NCBI GenBank assembly: GCA_964035545.1
Contig: CAXIUT010000277.1
Coordinates: 26,011 to 66,028 of the forward strand
DNA: 40,018 bases
Reading direction: 5' to 3'
Source of the DNA: Bugula neritina
Taxonomy: Eukaryota; Animalia; Bryozoa
Shown here: piece by piece, positions 26,602 through 36,280 of the stretch
How positions within the stretch are numbered: position 1 is the first letter of the stretch
How the letters are laid out: each line of letters starts with the position of its first letter
Program-made: the position numbers and the translations under genes
Notes under the pieces: generated by a model
Told to the model about the DNA's origin: nothing
Seen by the model: the letters and a program-made list of their open reading frames with translations, nothing else
Database searches by the model: none

Positions 26602-29600
26602 TCAAATATAGACAGTACTTTTATTAGGCATTTTCTTTTTTTATACAGAATTCCTTCTCTATTGACTTCTATAGTTTCTATGTTCTTATTATAGATACCT
26701 CACTTTCTTGTCTCTACTTCTTTCCATCTTTTTGTCTCGACTATTGTCTCTTTTGTCATATCTTCTTTCATTTTAGTATCTTTATCTAGGTGTATTGTTT
26801 TTATTGTAGTTACTATTATCTAGATTATTATTTATCTTTTTATTTGGACTTCTGCTGGTTCTTTTTCTATGAGTTTTATCATTATTGGTATTAACTGATT
26901 AAATTTTACTGATTTATTTCTTTTTCCGATGATATTCCTATTCTTATGATGATTTAGATATATTTTAAGTCTGTTTTAGCATATTTTTAGAAGTGACAGG
27001 ATCTGACACAGTTTCCTAACTTCCATCTTATCCTTTATTGCTTTTCTTTTTACACAAACAATAGCCAATTATAAGAACAATAACAACTAATAGTATACAT
27101 CCCCCGATAATTAACAAAACAATAGGATTGACTGCACTTTATTCTTTATTTTCTGGTACAAATCCATTAGGCTGTAGACTATAACTAGAAATAGAATATC
27201 CAGCAACAGAATTGCTTTTTTATAAATTATCATCAAAATCATTATAAATCTATGAAGCATCTTTGCCGTTATCTATTGATGCTACTCCATTGATAACCAA
27301 AGACGACAGTTCTAGAGATTTGATAGCAACTAGCTAAGGATTATTAATGTAATCATTTCCCATCATAGTATATAAATTATTGAGAATGTTATTGAAATTG
27401 TTAGTAAGTTAGCTATTGCTACTTACAACCAAATTGACCATAAAACTTATATTCTTATTACCAACACAATTGAAACTGACCAACTAGAAACCATCAACGC
27501 ATGCACTGCAACGATTAGCACTCAACTAGCAACTTTAGCACAGTCCTCCGCATTTCAAACAAATCCCTGTATGGTATAAAGCTCCCTGATAGTTATATAC
27601 TCTTTTCTACATAAAATAGCCTTTTAAACAAGTGACGCATTTGGTAGAATCGGAACAGTACTCACAACCATTTGAACAAGATTGGCATGTCTGCGATTGG
27701 TAGTATCCTTGGTCGCAGTAGGTGCAGGTGGTGTATGGGAGGTAGTTGTTGTTGGATATCTGGAAATCTATAATCGGTGGTTGGAACAGACAACGCGCAC
27801 AGTGCTAGGGGCAACTATGGCATTATCCTTTATATGCAAAGTAGTTGAAAGGACAATACTCGCATATCTTGCTTGTCTGGCATGATAGATTAGCAGTGCA
27901 GATGTTATCGATTAATGTATATCCACGAATGCATGATGTACATAGTTGGTTGCTGTCATTCCAAGTACACTCAAGACAAGGTAGTTGACAGTACTTTATA
28001 CATTTGGAGTTGCTAAGTTTATAGTAATCTAAACAAGCAGTACATATTGTATCAGATTGGCAACTGTGACATCCTTAGGCACAATTCAAGCAAACCCCAT
28101 TCGACAGAAACGTTCCCACCAAACAACCTAGACATCTAAAGGGAAAGACATTGCTACAGGCAGTGCATCCCATCAGACAAGGCACACAGCTAGAACTATT
28201 GACTCTAGTATATCCGACAGAACAAGATTTCTAATCACAATAGCCCGGTCCCAAAGTTCCACAAAAGTCACATCCCCTCGCACAAACAGCGCAAACACCA
28301 ATAGAATTAGCCGTGTAGCCAACTCGGCACTCAATGCAAAACTAGTGGTTGAAAGTGCAAGACAGACAGTTAGAATCAGAACATCGAAGACAAATCTACG
28401 AAGAAAGCATTGAACCAGTATTGCATTTAAGACACTTAAGGGAGTGAATTGGTACTTGAATGGTTTTGTTGATTCCATCGGTTTAGGTGGTTTGGTTGAT
28501 ATATGTCGTTACTTGCTGGCAGGCTGAACAGTGGTCGCCGCATTTGATGCATTTTGTTATGTTTTTGTAAAATCCACTCGAACAACCCAAACACATATCT
28601 TCACTACTGCACTTCTGGCATCCTAATCCGCATATTCTATTGAGATTATTCTACTTAAACACTCCTCTTTCTGTCCTTATCTAAAGCTAGACCTTCTTGC
28701 AGAGGTTAACTTGCAGATAGTAGCCATTCTAGCAAAGCAGACATCCATCACCATTACAATATCTGCAGTTATAGCTGCAAGTTAAACATGTGCCTTGCGA
28801 GCTGAGGCGGTATCCATCAGTGCAAGTTGTACAGACGGTTGAACTACAATACAGACAGTTAGAATGACTGCAGTTCAAACATTGGCCCTGTGCACTGTAT
28901 TGACTGATCGGACAGACGCATTCTAATCCATTGAAGTGCAGAGGTGTCAGACAGGTTCCAATTTGACATCTTCCGTTCTATAGAGTATAACCTTAACGGC
29001 ATGATCGACAAAATTGGTTATCACGATCCCTGCATTCTCTGCAATTCGATGCCAGACAGTTAGACAGACAGTTTATGTTGTTAGTTGTGTAGTATCCTGG
29101 CTAGCAGTCAGTGCATTCAACAGAATTGCAATATTTGCAGTTGGAATAAGTACTACTACACAGCTGACAGGTTCCTTATTTAAGCAGATATCCAGCAACG
29201 CACTAGTTGCATACTGTTTTAGTACTGCAGGTCAGACATAGAGCCATAGCAGTTGTACACTACAGACAATTACCATTCTAGAGATAGTATCTCTAATGGC
29301 AGGTATTGCATATAAGAGACTAGTTGGCTATTTCGCATCTACTGCAGCTGTTTATCAAAAAAGATGAATTTATGTAAGGACTGCTAGAACAGGACAAACA
29401 GGTCTTATCTGTTGTGTTTAGGTAGAGGCCGGGTTGGCAGCCAGTGCAGTGACCGATGTTGTTGCTGAAGATGCAAGTAGCGCAGTTGGGATATTTACCA
29501 CTGCATTGAAAACATTGAGAAGGGTCACCGTCCAAGTAATACCCGTTTTTGCAGTTAGCGCATGAAGTAATTTAGTTGTTCACTTGACAACTCTAGCAGC

Positions 29601-30369
29601 CGATATATTTGTCTTAGCAGTTTTAGCAGACATGTGTGGCAGTGTTAATGATAAACCCATCTTTGCAACTGGTGCATCTCACAACCATTCCTTCCAAATT
29701 GGTTAAAGAACAAGTCCTGCAAAGAGGTCGACTGACAAGCGAACAATTCGTTTTGCATTAGTTATTTTACAAATACAGAAAAGAAGAAACGCAATTTTGA
29801 CATATGATTTTACCATTCTGATCGGTTAGACAAGTACTGCAGTGCTAGATTTAAGAAGAACATAGTTTGCACACATTATTTTCCAGGTGATATTTGCTAT
29901 TACAACTGTGACAGGTAAATATTCCGCTGTTCGATATTGTGCACTGTTGGCAGTTAGAGATTTGGCAGGGCACGCATTGACTTCTAGAGGAGTAGAGGAC
30001 TAAATTGTTTTAGCATTATTAGCATTGGAGGTTGTTTCGGGTGGTAGTGCATCGCTTGCATCCTGATATCTGCTCACAACTGGTGCATCTTCCCTCGAGC
30101 AAACCGTGTTGACTGATGCATACACTGCAAATCAGTTGGCTGGCTAAATTGAACGAACAAAATTGGCAGTTAGACAAAGTCACTCCACAAGATATGCAGT
30201 TGTCATCCGAAAGGTAGTAACTGTTAATACATGTTTGACAGACAGTTGTTGTCCCGCGAGTAGTGCAGGTGGCGCAATGAGGAATAAGCGATGAGCCAGT
30301 TGGACAGGTAACCGAAAGGACATGTATTAGCAAAGTCAAGAAGGATAGGAGGGATAGCGTATTCTTCAT
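26602..30369 (-). CDS. Large Cys-rich (furin-like/VSP-like CxxC repeat) type I surface protein, ~1250 aa; stop approximate
   Basis: Signal peptide MKNTLSLLSFLTLLIHVLS, many C..C...Y....C..C...C..C repeats, a TM segment IVLLIIGGCILLVVIVLIIGYCLC at ~27050-27125 and a charged tail. Confidence 0.88.
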
Positions 30370-30402
30370 TTTTAAATATATATATTTGTATTATATAACA
30401 AC

Positions 30403-30952
30403 TCATTCTTAGACTGGCTACTAGATGTACTAGTTGAGTGTTCTCATTTGCTAGTCTAGTTTGCTTTTAACTCTTAGCTTCCTTTGCTATTTCCTTTGCT
30501 GCAAATTGCCAACCATTTCCACATACCTCGGATCTCCCATCTTATTCCTTCTTCTCTCTCTCAAAGCAACGAACTTCTTCTTCTGACGCTCGCACATCTC
30601 GTCAAATGTCATGTCTGTTTTGTTTGGGTCATAGTTGCCAGTGATGGTGGAGGTGTGGGGATCTGGTACTAGGGATCTTTCCTTAGCAAAGGATTTCAAG
30701 ACATCGATGCGCCATTTGAGTTGTGTGAGTTAGTCAGAAAACTATTGATGAGGATTGTTGCTATTGATAAGTTTTCGAATGTTTAGTTTCTTCTTTTCTT
30801 CATTAATTATCAATCATACAAGTCTATTTCAAGGCCTTGTCCAGCTAAAAGTTAGTATTGGAGTGCTCGTCTTACTACTATTGACTCAGAGATAGCTTAG
30901 AATAGATCTTCGATTTTAAGTCCTAGCGGTTACGACGAAGAAATTTACTCAT
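30403..30952 (-). CDS. Hypothetical basic protein, ~175 aa, one 22-nt intron near 30800
   Basis: Removing GTATGATTGATAATTAATGAAG joins MSKFLRRNRE... to the track ORF KSFAKERSLV... Confidence 0.7.
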
Positions 30953-31074
30953 TACTGCAGAAATATTATATACAGATAAATAATCAATTACTAGAAATGT
31001 AAGTAGAAAATAAACTAAATAATAATATATTAACAATAATAATAGTAAATGAACGATAATAATAAGAAAGAAGA

Positions 31075-31846
31075 TATCAGGCGACGGTGTTTAATTTAAA
31101 TATTTTTTTACCTCCATCCGAGTCCAAATCAGATGTCTACCATCCTAGCAGTCAACTATCTTAACTTACTTTCTTTTCAATCCTTTTATTTTTTGCTATC
31201 CTTTATTTTTCTAATTTAATTTATTTAACAATTATTTTTTAGGATTTTAGACTATGACTTCTTTGAGTTATTTTATTTATTTCTTTTTTTATGTTTTAAC
31301 TCTTTCTTTCATAAAATCTTTAAACTATTTGCCTAACTGTCTCATATTGGTCATCCTACTCACATGCTAACTAATGCCCATTCTATTGATATGTTAGTTA
31401 ATGCCCATTCTATTGATGTGTTCATTAATGCCAATAGTGGTACAAGTTTTATTTCTACATAATTTTTATGATATATTTTTGATGATCCAAGGGTTGTTTT
31501 GTTTGGGCTATCCTACTAGATTAATGATAGATTTTTACTAGCTAAATACTTTTCTTAATCTAAAATTAAAATAATTCGAATAAGGTTTCTTTTTTTATTC
31601 TACCTTTGCATCTGTTATCATAGTCTAATTTTGAATATTGTTATCATAATAAATAGAATTACGAGACTACTATCGAGATTGGTTGACATTTTAAACTTGC
31701 ATCATAGTTGATAGAAAAACAATTGATGATTTGTCTATTTATTTTTTAATTTGTTTCGATAAAGAACGGTTGTTTTAGTATTCTGATCTTGTTGGAGAGG
31801 TTGAGTTTTGAAGTAAAACCAAACCATTGTTACTTTTATTGGACAT
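31075..31846 (-). CDS. Hypothetical low-complexity protein with frameshifts; ends approximate
   Basis: Starts MSNKKEQWFGFTSKL and contains a 9-aa repeat and a K/E-rich tract. Confidence 0.4.
31352..31432 (-). repeat. 27-nt coding repeat x3 (GINEHINRM / GINEHINRM / GISEHVSRM)
   Basis: The fourth codon is GAA, TAA and TAG in the three copies. Confidence 0.9.
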
Positions 31847-32122
31847 TACAAAAATAATAATAATAACTAATTAGTCAATAATAATAACAAACAACATATT
31901 ATAGCAATAGTCAACTACATATAATAACCATCTAGTAATACTATCATACATAGATAGTTGCAATAACTGTTAGGCTGTTATAATACTACAGTCATATTTG
32001 TAACCATTCAATGTAAGACAACTATTCAATTTAAGACAACTATTCAAAATAAGGTATACTAAGTTAACAACTTCACTCATCATTACCTATTTAAGACATC
32101 CTGTTGTCAATCTTCAATGAAT

Positions 32123-32701
32123 TCATTCCTAGATCCATAACGCCATTCTTGCCATCTCCATTATATCTAATCCCATCAACTTCTTTACACTTCTACTCCT
32201 GAATAACCTTCTCAAAATCATCATTTATATCCGGGTCAGTAGGATCAAGACTTCCTCCTTTTTTCTTTGAACTAATTTATTTTATATTTACACTTTCTTT
32301 ATATCTTTTGAATCCTTTCCCTCTGGCTTCCTCCTAGAAGGTATCTGCTCATTAAAAACACCTCCAATCGAACATACTACCTACACCTGATCTCTTTCTT
32401 CACTCATCTCCTCTCCATTCTTCTTCCTAGCATAGACATACCCTGCCTCCTGACCCATCTTCTTCTATGAACGGCCTTGAAGGTCAAAAGAGTATGACTT
32501 GTGGTCTTTTTTGTAGTAGAAAATGACTGTTTTGGCTGTGAGATAATTGATGCCAGCAATAGTAGCTGCCTGAATGTTGGGAGTGTTTACTTATCTGAGG
32601 GAAATCTTTTCTTTGTAGACAAGGGTAAGGAGATGGAACTTTTGCTGTTGGTGTACTTTGTTGTAGCGAGTGGGGCCTAACTGTTTGCGAATACCAGGCA
32701 T
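32123..32701 (-). CDS. Homeodomain-like helix-turn-helix protein (putative transcription factor); intron 32570-32590
   Basis: YNKVHQQQKFHLLTLVYKEKISLREAATIAGINYLTAKTVIFYYKK fits a three-helix HTH of a type common in ciliates. Confidence 0.8.
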
Positions 32702-32727
32702 AAGTTATGAAATTAAAGTTGATTAAT

Positions 32728-32811
32728 CCCACCCCAACCCCAACCCCAACCCCAACCCCAACCCCAACCCCAACCCCAACCCCAACCCCAACCCCAACCC
32801 CAACCCCAACC
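32728..32811 (+). repeat. Internal (CCCCAA)n telomeric tract in left-end orientation only
   Basis: About 14 units with no preceding G4T2 tract and degenerate edges (cccacccc... and ...ccaaaccacc). Confidence 0.97.
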
Positions 32812-33153
32812 AAACCACCGGCCTGATAAATCTCTTTGAATGTTTATTAATTATAACTAATTAAATAATCAAATATCAGATTATCAACTAAAGAACTATC
32901 TATAATATATTTTTAAAAACTACAAAAGATAGAATAAAAAATAGAAAATAAAGAAGAAAATATATCTACCTGTCATAAATAGTATTGTGTTATATCTATT
33001 TGTAAATAAATACTAGAATAGATATTAAAGATGTTATAGTATATTCCAATTCCACTAAAGTAAAACTAATCTATTTATTCCAGACAATTCCAATAGCAAA
33101 CAGCTAGACTTTTAAATACTAAAATGAGCATTTTATAAAGCAAAAACAAATGA

Positions 33154-33378
33154 TCAAATTTATATTCCTTTCTCTTTGCTGCCTCTTCTCCTCATATAGC
33201 ACTGTCTCAGACACCTCTGTTCTCCAACCGACATCCAAGGTGTCTTTGATCCGCACTCTCCCAAACAGTCCTAGACAAAAACAAAAGCAGAAGGACTGCT
33301 GATACTTCTATCACTTAGAGCATTGCTCAAAGGAATAGAAGGATAGATCTGGTTAGTAGTTAATGAAGATATTTACAT
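33154..33378 (-). CDS. Small Tim-like twin CX3C protein, 74 aa
   Basis: DCLGEC-13aa-CLRQC, with MSVGEQRC matching the L...E..C pattern of the Tim8/9/10/13 family. Confidence 0.7.
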
Positions 33379-33481
33379 GTTGTTGGTTGTTTAAAATTTA
33401 AATAAATGCTCTTAGAATATAAACAGCTATCACGATAGTTATATATATGATATAGTAGTTATGGATTGAAAGAAGACTAGA

Positions 33482-34681
33482 TCACTTGTTTTTATCGATT
33501 AGATCTAGCTATTAAAATCTTGAGCTGGCTTGAGGAACAATCTAAATTTATTTGAATTTTATATCTCTATTATCTTTGATAAAACTTTCACTACTATCTA
33601 TTCGATCGCTCTTCTTCAATATCTTTACTTCAAGTCCACTCTAGCCATACTTTTCTTCTTTGATGTCTTCCACTTGGTGATGTTTTACTCCGTTTTCATA
33701 TTATAGATGCATATACACGCTAGTAGAATCGTTTTTATCTATCTATCTTTTGTTGATATTATTGTTAACTTAATCTATTTGACTGATGAGCAGTCCTTCT
33801 TCAATGAACTAAAACCCTTTTTTGATGACCTATTGTCCTCGACTACTATTATGTGTTCCTTAAAACAGAACAATCTGTTTTCTTCCTTAAAACAAATCAT
33901 ACAATGTTTTGGCTATGTTCCATTCCAACCATATTGTCTTCTTCCCCATGAAGAAAACATATTTGTCTATGTTTTTTTTGATAAGATGTCAACTGAAATA
34001 TCCATTTGAGAGATCAACAAACCTGACAGCTGCTATACTTTAGATTTGACACATTAAAAAATACAAGGATAGAAAAGATAAAAGCAGCAGCAACATAGTA
34101 GAGGAATATATTTTTTTAGATGTGGAATAGCAGAGATCTATCAGGTTAGAATAGACTGAATCTACTACCATTATATCGATTTATTTACTTTTTAGCAAAG
34201 ACACTCCTCCCATGCTACGTCCCCATCCCATTACCATATATCCTTAGCTTTTTAAATATTTAGCAGCTATATCGACTTCTTTGCACTATTATTGTCCAAG
34301 AGTAACATACTCAGACTAATAGCGATTGCCGCATCCATTGAAGTCGAAACAGGCTAAGGCCACTCCTTCAGGTAGATCTGATAATAGCAAATTGGCCTAA
34401 AAGCGACTTGAACCATTGCCATGCAAATACAATAGGACATATCTGGTAGTTTTTGTTTGTAAAGAGATAACTCAAAACCAATATCTATAGTTTAGTATTT
34501 GAATTTAGAAGTGTTTTTTTTACTAGGCTTTAAGATCTAGGGATTGTAGATAAATCTTGGAGGTCTGATCAGCATAAAAGCTAACTTCTATAAAGTACTC
34601 GAAGGGGGATAGTCTACTTGCTAGAAATAGGCAGGGTGTTTCGATGGCAATTCACTCTGATTTCTAGATGGTTCACGTCAT
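33482..34681 (-). CDS. Alpha/beta hydrolase with several homopolymer frameshifts; ends approximate
   Basis: LIRPPR, YLHGNGSSRFEA, FDFNGCG, YVTLG, WGRSMGG, VDSVY, HGEED and GTHNSSR. Confidence 0.85.
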
Positions 34682-34719
34682 ACTATTGTTATTGTGTGAT
34701 AATTAGTTAATAACAGATT

Positions 34720-35541
34720 TATCTTTAGAGAATAGATGATTGGTAATATAAATGTAATAATCTCTATCCCATCCAGCAGTCACTTTCAAACAGTCGATCG
34801 TTTAGTGCCTTCCTCTTCATCCCAAAATATAGTAACTACTCGCCAATAAGACCACCTGGCATCTCTGTATTTCATCCTCTATTGAAGATAGCAACAAATA
34901 CACCAATCTAAAATGCTAAAGTCTGATGAAACATATCGATTCCATTCATACAGAATAGATGCAACTGGGTATATATAAAAAAAAATACAGCTGACAACAA
35001 TCACTAGCACATTCTGAGAGATATTTCTAGAATCAATTTCACCCATTTGACTTCCCTTAAGCTTAAGTAGCATAGTTGATATGTTAGTCAGTAACAACAT
35101 CAGATCGATTTAATCTATTTGTAGTACAAGGATGCCTCACCTCACTTACTTTCATATTAGTCTTTTAGTATCTATTTAGGTAGAAATAATATCAGTAAAT
35201 TGTCTCCTTTGAGAAAAGCCATCTGGCCCAAAGTCACCTGCATCATTATGAGTACACTATCAACTCAAATAGATTGATAATCCCATAGTTGATATCGATT
35301 AGACTTTTTCCTAATGCCATTTTCCATAATTATAAATTTTGATTCTTTTAAGGGTAAAAGTATAATTGATATTAGATGGCTGGATAGTATCGTCTTTGCT
35401 AATAATACTGGTTTTTTGATGAAAATATAGTCTAAGAAATTGAGATACTTAAGTACTACTTTAATAAGGATAGATATCAATAGTTAGTTAAGAAGTCAAC
35501 GACAAGATGGAATATGTCGATTAGTCAATTAAAATTATCCA
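34720..35541 (-). CDS. Probable hypothetical protein, frame and intron structure unresolved
   Basis: Coding-like composition and partial open frames. It could not be assembled confidently. Confidence 0.3.
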
Positions 35542-35555
35542 TAACTAAGATTGAA

Positions 35556-36280
35556 TGTTCACGAGTGATTTATTTTATTCTTATTATCAAGATATCTCTA
35601 TCTGCTATTTGTACTAAGACAGGTATACTATAATTGATTGTGTTATTAATCATTTCAAGTTTATATTTATTTTAATAATAAGCTCTATAGTCCTAGACTT
35701 AAATATATTCTTGTCAAATTTAACTTATCTTTATCGATTTTACTGATCTTCTTCAGCTAATACTGCAAACAGACTTAAATCTAAAAATATTGATGATTTA
35801 AAGGACGTACTTGCAAATAAACACAATATATATATCAATGAACTAAAGACTAGTATTTCTTCATTCATAGTCAATCTCATATCTTCCTCTCCTCAATACT
35901 GCTCCTCTGATCTTCACCTCTCTCATCAAGCAACACTCTCTCCTCAACTCTCTTAAATTTTGGAGCAAACTCCTCAAAATCCTAGATCGATTCAAAGGAC
36001 ACAAACTTTATAGCAATTGTTAACTCTCACTTCAATCAACCATAAAATAGAAATCAACTTTAACGTTTAGGAGAACAGATGGGGAGTTAGTGCAATACTA
36101 GCATTGCTGATTGTAGTATGGATCAGAATGGGCAGACATGTTTGCAAAAATAGTAGTAGCAGTAATAATGCCACTCAGTTGGTTTTTACTTTATCGAAAG
36201 AGCAAAGAAATCAGGTGAATGTTAATATTTATGTGTGGCAGATAAGTTTAAAAATAATAGCAATGCAGAAATGTCCATGA
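35556..36280 (+). CDS. Probable hypothetical membrane protein, boundaries uncertain
   Basis: Open frame of ~170 codons containing hydrophobic WGVSAILALLIVVWI. Confidence 0.35.

Noticed and set aside
32484-32813. ORF starting with (VG)n
   Set aside because: It is a translation of the telomeric repeat running into an off-frame part of the HTH gene.
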